Sequence record: SRR22947727_5165
DNA: 32,704 nt
Strand: one strand, 5' to 3'
Shown piece after piece: positions 9,720 through 17,860 of this stretch. The notes below the pieces were generated by a model. It saw nothing but the letters and a program-made list of their open reading frames with translations, had not been told where the DNA came from and did no database searches. Position numbers and translations under genes: made by a program. How positions within the stretch are numbered: position 1 is the stretch's first letter; each line of letters starts with the position of its first letter.

Positions 9720-10997
9720 ATGACTGAGACGATGCTGCTCGACCCCGTGCAGGTTCTAGTCGCAAGCGATCAGCCGCTCCAAGTAGGAAGTGCTGCTCTC
9801 TTTGAAGATGATCGTCTTATCGCCCTAGGGGAAGAGGCAAGGCAGCGAGCCGCTGAGCGAGGTGTTTCGGGGCATAACCGGGCCCAGCAACTCCTCGCCC
9901 CATGTCTTGTCGACCCACATTCAAGCCTTCCCAGTCCATTTACAGGAAGCGGAGAGACGCTCAAAACCCTCATCAACTCCGCAGGGCGAGCCGGTTATGG
10001 ACAGCTCGCACTGCTTCCAAACGGTGAATCGGAACGGGATAGCCCAGAACGCTTAAAGGGATTCCAGCCGAGCGATTGCGATCTCAAAATTCACTTATGG
10101 GGAAGCTTCACCCATCACGGAGAAGGCGAACGCCTCAGCCTCCACGCCGATCTGCTTGAAGCAGGTGCCATCGGTCTGAGCGCTGGGGAGCAGATGCCGT
10201 CTGCCAACCTCATCGACCGCGCCTTACTGCTCGGAGAAATGGATGGAGCCCCTGTGCTGATTGCACCCAATGACTCCAACCTGCGCGGAGACGGAATGAT
10301 CCGGGAAGGCGTGGAGACACTACGAGCCGGATGGCCTGCAGATCCAACCATCAGCGAAACGTTACCCATGGGGCAGCTCCTGGAATTGCAGCGCCGCCAT
10401 AGCAATCGCAAGCTTGTGCTCATGAATCTTTCCACCGCTGCTGGAGTGGAGATGTTGAGCCATGCAACGTCACCTCCTCTGGCAACTGTCAGCTGGTGGC
10501 ACCTCGTGCAGGATCGATCCAGCCAACCAGCTGAAGCGACCCATTGGTTTGTCACCCCTTCCATTGGTGGACAACGTGATCGCTGGGCCTTAATTCAGGC
10601 CTTAGGAGAAGGAAAGATCAACGCCGTTGCTGTTCATGGCATTCCTCTCGACGATGAGGAGTGTCTATTGCCTCCCGATCAACGTCCAAAAGGGTTGTCC
10701 GGTCATCACTTAGTGCTGCCAACGCTCTGGCAGCATCTCGTGGTCGATTTGAACTGGAGTGTGAACCAACTCTGGCAGGCGCTCAGTTTCGGCCCAGCAC
10801 GGTTGCTTGGACAGGAGGAAGAACGACTGAGCATCGGAAGCAACCGCTGGTTGCTCTTTGATCCTGACCAAATATGGGATCAAACCCGTGCTGCTTCCCA
10901 AGCCCCGAGAGCTGCCAACCAGCCTTGGCTCGGCATGCGCATGCGAGGGCAAGTGGTGAGTTGTGGACTCAGGATCCCAACGAACCAAGTCGATTAA
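9720..10997 (+). CDS. Dihydroorotase-like protein (amidohydrolase fold, probably inactive PyrC')
   Basis: APCLVDPH, GETL...AGRAGY, P.PARLLG, and NQPWLG...GQV match the dihydroorotase layout, but metal ligands are degenerate. ATG is 4 bp after the upstream stop. Confidence 0.82.
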   Translation: MTETMLLDPVQVLVASDQPLQVGSAALFEDDRLIALGEEARQRAAERGVSGHNRAQQLLAPCLVDPHSSLPSPFTGSGETLKTLINSAGRAGYGQLALLPNGESERDSPERLKGFQPSDCDLKIHLWGSFTHHGEGERLSLHADLLEAGAIGLSAGEQMPSANLIDRALLLGEMDGAPVLIAPNDSNLRGDGMIREGVETLRAGWPADPTISETLPMGQLLELQRRHSNRKLVLMNLSTAAGVEMLSHATSPPLATVSWWHLVQDRSSQPAEATHWFVTPSIGGQRDRWALIQALGEGKINAVAVHGIPLDDEECLLPPDQRPKGLSGHHLVLPTLWQHLVVDLNWSVNQLWQALSFGPARLLGQEEERLSIGSNRWLLFDPDQIWDQTRAASQAPRAANQPWLGMRMRGQVVSCGLRIPTNQVD

Positions 10998-11712
10998 ATG
11001 GCCAGAAACGCCAGACCGCTCGACCAATAATCTGATCTTCAGGCAGGAAGGCTCCACCCGGCCAATAGCGCCCATCCCAGCTGTTACTACGGTTGTCACC
11101 AAGAACGAGGACACGTCCCTCCGGGACCGTGGCATTCAGGGTGCGGCAAAGGCTCATGCCCCGCTTGTCCAGAGGGCAGTAATTAGTCACATATGGTTCG
11201 TCGAGATCAACACCGTTCACACGCACCTGTCCTCGAGGGTTGACGACCACCTGATCACCCGCCACAGCGACAACGCGTTTGATGTAGGCATCACAGGCCG
11301 GATGACTGACGCCAGGAATCAACCCAATCAAAGGGATATTCGCGAGCACGCATTGAAAAGGTGGGGGTGACGTTGTTGAGCGCAATGCAGGATCGAAGGC
11401 GTAGGGGGAATTGAACACAACAATTTCACCGCGCCGAGGTTTGCGGCCGCGATAGGTGAGCTTCTCGACAAGCAAGCGATCTTGGATCTGCAAGCCAGGA
11501 AGCATCGAGCCTGAGGGAATGAAGCGTGCCTCGGCCAAATAGTGACGAATCCCGAAATAGAGAGCCATCGTGAACAACAACGGGCCCCAAAAATCCCAGA
11601 GCGGATGTCCAGAACCTCGTTCCTTTTTTTGGTCCTTATGGCCCTCCTGAAGAGTCTCGCTGCTGTTGGGCCGCTCGTCGTCAGAACGACTGTTGTGTTG
11701 CTTGTCTACCAA
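10969..11712 (-). CDS. lepB: Signal peptidase I
   Basis: IPSGSMLP (catalytic Ser), YIKRV (catalytic Lys), LGDNRSNSWDGR, IIGRA. Start uncertain; TTG 11712 chosen. Confidence 0.95.
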   Translation of the reverse strand: MVDKQHNSRSDDERPNSSETLQEGHKDQKKERGSGHPLWDFWGPLLFTMALYFGIRHYLAEARFIPSGSMLPGLQIQDRLLVEKLTYRGRKPRRGEIVVFNSPYAFDPALRSTTSPPPFQCVLANIPLIGLIPGVSHPACDAYIKRVVAVAGDQVVVNPRGQVRVNGVDLDEPYVTNYCPLDKRGMSLCRTLNATVPEGRVLVLGDNRSNSWDGRYWPGGAFLPEDQIIGRAVWRFWPFNRLGSLGS

Positions 11713-11793
11713 CAGGCACCTTGCTTCAATCCTGAAACTCACGATAGGCGCGATCAGCCTGCGCTTATAGCCTGAAACCAGGCACGGTGATCC

Positions 11794-13299
11794 ATGGTCC
11801 GACCCCGCTGGCAGGGCGTGAAACCCCGCACCATCCAATTGTTCTGGAACCGCTGGGATCAGGTCTTAGCCCTGATTGCAGCGCTCAATCTGATCTGGGT
11901 GATTTTCGATGTCACCTACATTCCGCTGCGAAATTTCTGGTTGCAGAGAACGCTCTATCCCCTTCCATCGATCAACTTGGCCTTGCCACTGCCGTGGCTG
12001 CCAGACATCACACCCCTCTACGACCCGCTGAAGGGCATCGAAGTTCACCGAGACACGATGTCCTACGTCGAGCACTTCCGCAGACTCGAGACCACCGCTT
12101 CAACGTTGGGCATTAACAGTCCAGCCGCACGACAAATGCGGCTGGAATTGGTTGTTAAAAACAGCCAATTAGTCGATGAAAACCCGTTCATCAGCTCTGG
12201 CAACGTTGGAGCATTCGAAAAGCTCAAGAACCGTCTCAGAGCGAGAGCTGAGATGGATTCAGCCAAACAAGCGGCGGCTTTTCTCCTCAGCGACCGCTAC
12301 TTGAGCAAGCACGACTGGAGCCAAGAGCGTCAGTTTTGGAACACCAAAATTCTTCCGCTAGCGGAGACCAATTACTCACGCGGAATTGATGAAAACGGAA
12401 TGCCCATCGACCTGTCCTGGCGGATCGACATTCCTTTTCAAATCCTATTCCTACTGGACATCCTGGTTCGTACGCTTCGACTGAAACGTCGATTTCCTGC
12501 GATTGCCTGGAGAGACGCCTTACTCAGACGTTGGATTGATCTTCCACTGTTAATTCCATTTTGGCGTCTATTGCGAGTCGTTCCAGTCACAGAACGGCTG
12601 TCCCGCGCTCAGCTTCTCAATCTTGAGCCCCTTCGAGCAGCCGTCAGTCGCGGCGTTGTCGCAGTCCTGGCTCTCGAATTATTTGAAGTGATCACGCTGC
12701 GTGTTCTGGATGCCATGCAAGGCATCGTGCGCTCGCCGAATCTTCCCGACAGGATTCTCCGGCTTTGTAGTCATCAATCTGTGGACAGCAGCGAAGAAAG
12801 AGAACTCGCGGAGCTGCTTCGGCTCTGGCTCCCTCTCATCCTCACGCAAGTGGGTCCAGGGATGCGGCCACAACTTGTGGCGCTCTTCGGCCACGCTCTG
12901 CAACGAAATTTGGATGGTCTGGTCTTACCGGCACCGCTGAGGGAGCTGCCTGGAGTGCAAAAGGCGGAATCCGAACTGAGCCGGCAGCTCGCTACGGGAA
13001 TGGTGGATTCGCTGTTGGGGCTTTCAAAAAGCGCGGCAGACCAACTTGGTCAGAAAGATCAAGTTCTCGAAGAACTTGGGATTCAAACGCTTGATCGGTT
13101 TTGGGAGGAGCTCGCTCGCACGCTCGAACAAGGCGTGGTGCTGGAACGGAGCCAGGAACTTTTGGTGGCGTTTCTCGAAGAATTCAAACGCACCAGCATG
13201 TTCCAACTTCACACGCAAGGTGGAGTCGATGAACTAATTACCGAGCTCGATGGGCTGAATTTCAACCCAAGAGAGCCTGGTTCCAATCCTCGGGCTTGA
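11794..13299 (+). CDS. Hypothetical membrane protein with ion-transport (S1-S4-like) segments and helical C-terminus
   Basis: 501-aa ORF with hydrophobic segments WDQVLALIAALNLIWVIFD, IDIPFQILFLLDILVR and WIDLPLLIPFWRLLRV. Confidence 0.8.
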   Translation: MVRPRWQGVKPRTIQLFWNRWDQVLALIAALNLIWVIFDVTYIPLRNFWLQRTLYPLPSINLALPLPWLPDITPLYDPLKGIEVHRDTMSYVEHFRRLETTASTLGINSPAARQMRLELVVKNSQLVDENPFISSGNVGAFEKLKNRLRARAEMDSAKQAAAFLLSDRYLSKHDWSQERQFWNTKILPLAETNYSRGIDENGMPIDLSWRIDIPFQILFLLDILVRTLRLKRRFPAIAWRDALLRRWIDLPLLIPFWRLLRVVPVTERLSRAQLLNLEPLRAAVSRGVVAVLALELFEVITLRVLDAMQGIVRSPNLPDRILRLCSHQSVDSSEERELAELLRLWLPLILTQVGPGMRPQLVALFGHALQRNLDGLVLPAPLRELPGVQKAESELSRQLATGMVDSLLGLSKSAADQLGQKDQVLEELGIQTLDRFWEELARTLEQGVVLERSQELLVAFLEEFKRTSMFQLHTQGGVDELITELDGLNFNPREPGSNPRA

Positions 13300-13630
13300 A
13301 ACCCACCAAAAAATCGCCGCTGGGCAAGGCAACAAAAGGACGTTTGATCAAACGCCCATCCGCAGCCAACGCGGCGAGTGCATCATCGTCATTCATCGCT
13401 TTTACAACATCTGCGCCCAGGGCTCGATAGCTCTGGCCACTGGTGTTGAAGAGACGTTGACGAAGACCCAAACGCTCGAAGGCGAGCGAAAGAACCTCTT
13501 TTGAAGGAGGAGCGGTTGTGATGTCAACAACCTCGTAGGCCAAGTTATTGGCATCCAACCAAGCCAGGGCCTTACGGCACGTTGAACATCGGGAGTAGCT
13601 GTAAACCTTGATGGTTGGAGCCAAGCTCAA
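13262..13630 (-). CDS. ArsC/Spx/MgsR family thioredoxin-fold protein
   Basis: N-terminal YSYSRCSTCRKA (CxxC), LFNTSGQSYR, LIKRP. Confidence 0.9.
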   Translation of the reverse strand: MSLAPTIKVYSYSRCSTCRKALAWLDANNLAYEVVDITTAPPSKEVLSLAFERLGLRQRLFNTSGQSYRALGADVVKAMNDDDALAALAADGRLIKRPFVALPSGDFLVGFKPEDWNQALLG

Positions 13631-13986
13631 CGTCCAAACAAGTTCTTCACAGCACCAAGCAGGCTGTTTGAACCCTTACCAACGCCTTCGTCAGGGCGAG
13701 TTTTGATGGTGACGTCGCCATTCACACTGGTGCGGCAGCTCAGGCGATAATTCGCAGGCCGATCCGAGAGATAAACCTCTTCAACATCGCTACGGGGGGA
13801 GAGGTTCTGGGCTCCTTCAAGAACCTCGATCACGCAGGTTCCGCATTGGCCAACCCCGCCACAATTATTGAGGTTGTTCAGACCTTTGTATGGGTTGATC
13901 CCAGATGAAAGGGCTGCTTTGCGTAAATTCGCTCCTTCGATGCAACCGACCTGTTGGCCTTCCTGCTCAAAACGGATGGTGGGCAC
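13627..13986 (-). CDS. 2Fe-2S ferredoxin
   Basis: CGGVGQCGTC (Cx5Cx2C) and a distal RLSC Cys. Stop overlaps the ArsC-family start. Confidence 0.92.
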   Translation of the reverse strand: MPTIRFEQEGQQVGCIEGANLRKAALSSGINPYKGLNNLNNCGGVGQCGTCVIEVLEGAQNLSPRSDVEEVYLSDRPANYRLSCRTSVNGDVTIKTRPDEGVGKGSNSLLGAVKNLFGR

Positions 13987-14026
13987 GGGTCGTTCACAAT
14001 CTAGGCGCGAACCAACTTACAAGAAG

Positions 14027-14095
14027 TAAGGCCTCAATAGCGCCCCAATCACAGATCTTGCCCAGAAAAGCTGGATTCAGCTCCATGAGGCCTTA
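14027..14095. repeat. 10-bp perfect inverted repeat flanking 49 bp
   Basis: TAAGGCCTCA (14027-14036) and TGAGGCCTTA (14086-14095), with an internal hairpin AGCTG-GATT-CAGCT (14069-14082). Confidence 0.55.
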
Positions 14096-14605
14096 ACCAC
14101 CGGCCGCTCGAACGCATGCCTCCAACAGGGGAGCGACGGCATCAGAGTCACGCCAACCTCCAATCGAAATGACGCGACCATCCATATTTTTGTAAGTACG
14201 GAAAAACTCAGCCACATCCTCAAGCTGGCTGGGTGCAATTTGTTGGATGCTCTTAATCCCTGCTTGCCGCGGGTCAGCAACCGGGACACAAAGAATCTTG
14301 CCGTCGTAATGCCCCGTGTCGTCCATGTCGAGCACCCCGATCGGCCTGGCTTTGATCAAACATCCCGCAAAGGTGGGTTCCGCCATGATCACCATGGCAT
14401 CGAGAGGTGAGCCGTCCTCGGCAAGCGTATTGGGAACAAATCCGTAATCAAAGGGATATCGAATCGAAGGGTGAAGCACACGGTCCAGTGCCATCACGCC
14501 AACGTCTTCTGAAAACTCATATTTGTTGCAACTACCCGCTGGAATCTCAACGATCAGATTGAGTAGCCCCGGAGAGGGAGAAGGAGGCAGGGACCTCAGA
14601 TCCAT
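14093..14605 (-). CDS. ppa: Inorganic pyrophosphatase (family I)
   Basis: NKYE, LDRVL...YPFDYGFVPNT, DGSPLD, DDTGHYDGK, FFRTYK. Confidence 0.95.
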   Translation of the reverse strand: MDLRSLPPSPSPGLLNLIVEIPAGSCNKYEFSEDVGVMALDRVLHPSIRYPFDYGFVPNTLAEDGSPLDAMVIMAEPTFAGCLIKARPIGVLDMDDTGHYDGKILCVPVADPRQAGIKSIQQIAPSQLEDVAEFFRTYKNMDGRVISIGGWRDSDAVAPLLEACVRAAGG

Positions 14606-14783
14606 GGCGATCTTGCGCAGTGAGTGGTGTCAAAGAACCCATTGGAGGGCGATCGGTCAGTACAGCAGCCAAGGGAATTCCAAGGCTGGTGCAAGCAATG
14701 ATGAACCCTAAAAAGGCAAGTGTTGGAGCAGCAACTTGAAACGAGGGTTGCTGAGAAAGTTCGCGGGCAGGCTCGGGGTCCAT
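14547..14783 (-). CDS. Small hypothetical single-pass membrane protein
   Basis: ATG start and a hydrophobic stretch TLAFLGFIIACTSLGIPLAAVL. Fills the gap between genes but overlaps the ppa start by 59 bp. Confidence 0.55.
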   Translation of the reverse strand: MDPEPARELSQQPSFQVAAPTLAFLGFIIACTSLGIPLAAVLTDRPPMGSLTPLTAQDRHGSEVPASFSLSGATQSDR

Positions 14784-14905
14784 TCAGGCAGGATTAAGGA
14801 CATCCGGGAAGGGTATTGACCCTGCGCAAACCACACCTAATGGCATGAAAAGCTCCGGAAAGGCGTTATCAAAAGGCTAGAGACGATTCTCGCACCATCG
14901 CAGCT

Positions 14906-15370
14906 CTAGGCGGCTGGACGTTCTTGTCGATCGCGACGGGCCGCAAGATCAGACGGTGCTGCAGGAAGGTCTTCAAGGTGCGTTCTGATCTGGCGTAACT
15001 CCTCGAGGATGGCGCTTAGAACTTGCTGAGTCGCTGTCGATGGAGAGTTGAGAACTTCAACTGTGACCTCCTTAATCCTCAATACATCCTTGGCAAAACG
15101 CGCAACTTCGTTCGGGTGAAACAGAAGAGGATCTTTTTGATCGCTTCGATATTCGGGATTTAACTTCTTGGGATTAAAAGGAGGATTTAAATTGCGGGAA
15201 TCAGTATTCGTATAACGATAAACAGATGCTCTGGATCGGTTCAAGGATTTTTGAACATCATCGATTGCAACTAACGCATCTGATTGAGCTATCACCGCGT
15301 CAACATCTGTTGCGGATAGAGAGGCATCCTCAGCAACAGAAACCGGACTTTCGATCGACCTAGGAAACAT
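14906..15370 (-). CDS. Hypothetical protein with HTH and coiled coil
   Basis: IDDVQKSLNRSRASVYRY is HTH-like, LLFHPNEVARF is wing-like, and QQVLSAILEELRQIRTHLE is a heptad helix. Confidence 0.8.
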   Translation of the reverse strand: MFPRSIESPVSVAEDASLSATDVDAVIAQSDALVAIDDVQKSLNRSRASVYRYTNTDSRNLNPPFNPKKLNPEYRSDQKDPLLFHPNEVARFAKDVLRIKEVTVEVLNSPSTATQQVLSAILEELRQIRTHLEDLPAAPSDLAARRDRQERPAA

Positions 15371-15484
15371 GAGACTGATTTAGGACGCACTGGATTGGGC
15401 AGACAGTAGCAGCTGAGAATCAGGATGCCAGCGACGTTCCAGGCGATCGGGACACTTCCTTAAGCGACCATTTTCTCGCAGCGA

Positions 15485-15493
15485 TGGTAGCTT
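15485..15493 (+). promoter_or_regulatory. Possible extended -10 promoter element for proS
   Basis: TG-G-TAGCTT about 25 bp upstream of the proS ATG. Motif match only. Confidence 0.3.
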
Positions 15494-15518
15494 CCAATCT
15501 CATTCAACACTGATTGCT

Positions 15519-17315
15519 ATGCGCGTCTCCCGCCTGATGCTGGTGACGCTGCGGGATGTTCCCGCTGACGCCGAAATCGCTTCGCAACAACTGCTAATTC
15601 GTGGGGGGTATATCCGACGCGTTGGCTCAGGAATTTATGCCTATCTCCCACTGATGTGGAGGGTCCTTCAAAGGGTGATGAGAATCGTCAGGGAGGAGAT
15701 GAATCAAATTGGTGCACTTGAAACGTTGTTACCTCAACTTCAACCAGCCGAATTGTGGGAAAAAAGTGGCCGTTGGCAGGGATACACCGCTGGAGAGGGG
15801 ATCATGTTCCACCTTGAAGATCGCCAGGAACGCTCCCTTGGCCTGGGTCCCACCCATGAAGAAGTGATCACGGAATTGGCCAGTGATCTACTGAAGTCAT
15901 ATCGCCAGCTCCCAGTCACCCTCTATCAAATTCAAAGCAAATTCAGGGACGAGATTCGCCCCCGCTTTGGCTTGATGCGGAGCCGCGAATTCATCATGAA
16001 AGATGCCTATTCCTTCCATGGAGATGAAGGAGACCTGGCCAGCATGTACACGCAGATGGAGAGGGCCTACACCAAAGTCTTCCAACGTTGCGGCCTGACG
16101 GCTGTCGGAGTTGATGCCGACAGTGGAGCCATCGGCGGCGCCGCATCCCAGGAATTCATGGTGACAGCCGATGCGGGAGAAGATTTGATCCTCATCAGTC
16201 CTGATGGTGATTACGCAGCCAATCAAGAAAAAGCCGTCTCAATCGCACCACCTGCTCTGCCCTTACCCAGCGGGAAATCACAGGTCATTGCCACTCCAGG
16301 GCAGCTCACGATTGATGCTCTGTGTTCAGCCCATGCGCTTGATCCCAGTCAGGTGGTCAAAGTGCTGCTACTCCTCGCCAAGCTTGAGTCCGGCGATGAA
16401 CAGCCGGTTCTTGTCTGTCTGCGCGGAGACCAGGAACTCAACGAGGTGAAGCTTGTTAACGCACTCACAAAACAACTCGACAGCCCCGTTCTCGATCTCA
16501 ACCCGATCAATGCCGAACAACTGAAATATCAAGGACTGGAGCCCTTCCCGTTTGGCTCCATCGGCCCCGACCTCTCAGATCACCTCCTCGCTGGGGCGCG
16601 CAGCTGGCGGAACACGTTCTACAAGCTCGCTGACACAACAGCTGCAGAGCTCGACCGTTTTGTCTGCGGAGCCAACACAAGCGACGAACACCGTTGGGGC
16701 TGCAACTGGTCTGATCTCGGCGCCATCCCCACGATGGATCTCCGTAATGCCAGAGCAGGCGATCACTGTGTCCATAGGCCAGAACAGAGCCTCGAAGAAC
16801 GACGCGGGATCGAGGTGGGACATATTTTTCAGCTTGGCCGCAAGTACTCCCAATCGATGGGAGCGCAAATCACCACAAACGAGGGCAAACAGGAGCACCT
16901 CTGGATGGGGTGTTACGGCATCGGAATCTCACGACTAGCCCAGGCCGCCGTTGAGCAGCATCACGATGACGCGGGAATAATCTGGCCGCTCAGCATTGCC
17001 CCGTTTCAGGTGATCGTGGTGGTGGCCAATATTCAAGATGAGGTCCAAATGGCCCTCGGTGAGGAGATTTACAACGAGCTCCGTGCCTCCGGGATCGATG
17101 TCTTACTGGACGATCGTGGAGAGCGGGCCGGGGTGAAATTCAAAGATGCCGATCTCATCGGCATCCCTTGGAGAGTTGTCGTTGGTCGTGCTGCCGCCGA
17201 AGGAAACGTGGAACTGGTGCAACGTTCAAAACGAGACGCCAACGTTTTAAGCAAGGCCGACGCCATCTCGTCCCTTTTTAAAGCGATCCCAACCGAGCTT
17301 CGGGTCCAGCTCTAA
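15519..17315 (+). CDS. proS: Proline--tRNA ligase
   Basis: LGPTHEE, FRDEIRPRFGLMRSREFIMKDAYSF, INS editing domain, GIEVGHIFQLG, MGCYGIG, anticodon-binding domain. Confidence 0.98.
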   Translation: MRVSRLMLVTLRDVPADAEIASQQLLIRGGYIRRVGSGIYAYLPLMWRVLQRVMRIVREEMNQIGALETLLPQLQPAELWEKSGRWQGYTAGEGIMFHLEDRQERSLGLGPTHEEVITELASDLLKSYRQLPVTLYQIQSKFRDEIRPRFGLMRSREFIMKDAYSFHGDEGDLASMYTQMERAYTKVFQRCGLTAVGVDADSGAIGGAASQEFMVTADAGEDLILISPDGDYAANQEKAVSIAPPALPLPSGKSQVIATPGQLTIDALCSAHALDPSQVVKVLLLLAKLESGDEQPVLVCLRGDQELNEVKLVNALTKQLDSPVLDLNPINAEQLKYQGLEPFPFGSIGPDLSDHLLAGARSWRNTFYKLADTTAAELDRFVCGANTSDEHRWGCNWSDLGAIPTMDLRNARAGDHCVHRPEQSLEERRGIEVGHIFQLGRKYSQSMGAQITTNEGKQEHLWMGCYGIGISRLAQAAVEQHHDDAGIIWPLSIAPFQVIVVVANIQDEVQMALGEEIYNELRASGIDVLLDDRGERAGVKFKDADLIGIPWRVVVGRAAAEGNVELVQRSKRDANVLSKADAISSLFKAIPTELRVQL

Positions 17316-17347
17316 CCCGCGTAAAGTCCACCAAATTTCCTCCGGTC

Positions 17348-17770
17348 ATGATCGCCGTACTGAAACGCCTCACTCGCCGTCTAACCAATGTGACCTTGGC
17401 CCTTTGCCTTGGGCTTGCTTTGCTCGTGACGGCTTGCGGGAACGAATCGTCCACCCTTACCGGGGACTACGTCCAAGACACCGTTGCTGTAGCCCACACC
17501 ATTCACGACACTTTGGAGTTGCCCCAGGACGCGGCGAATCGCCAAGAAGCTGAAGGCGAGGCCCGCGACTTGATCACCGAGTACGTCTCTCGTTACAGAG
17601 CACGTCCCAAGGTGAACGGCTTGAGTTCATTCACGACCATGCAGACCGCACTCAATTCCTTGGCTGGTCACTACAACAATTACACCAACCGTCCCGTTCC
17701 CGATGCGCTGAGAGCCAGGATCGACAAGGAATTGGGCAAGGCCGAGAAAGCAGCAGTTCGCGGCACTTGA
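17348..17770 (+). CDS. psb27: Photosystem II assembly lipoprotein Psb27
   Basis: Lipobox LVTAC, LTGDYVQDT, YVSRYR, SFTTMQTALNSLAGHY. Confidence 0.96.
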   Translation: MIAVLKRLTRRLTNVTLALCLGLALLVTACGNESSTLTGDYVQDTVAVAHTIHDTLELPQDAANRQEAEGEARDLITEYVSRYRARPKVNGLSSFTTMQTALNSLAGHYNNYTNRPVPDALRARIDKELGKAEKAAVRGT

Positions 17771-17771
17771 T

Positions 17772-17853
17772 CACAAAATCGAACAGCACTTTGACCGCAG
17801 GCACGACTGTCTGCGAAAGTGCTGGATTGTGCAGAAATGCGGCTTCGGGCCGC
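17772..17853 (+). other. Long intergenic stem-loop plus small hairpin between psb27 and purA
   Basis: CAGCACTTT/AAAGTGCTG and CGCAGGCA/TGTCTGCG stems, then GCGGC-TTCGG-GCCGC just upstream of the purA start. Confidence 0.6.
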
Positions 17854-17860
17854 CGATTCT

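Noticed and set aside
11713..11838. N-terminal extension of lepB overlapping the divergent membrane protein gene
   Set aside because: The extension has no recognisable features, and a downstream TTG gives a typical LepB length.
14906..15370. Reading the HTH gene as a resolvase or prophage remnant
   Set aside because: No serine or tyrosine recombinase catalytic domain, att sites or phage genes are nearby.
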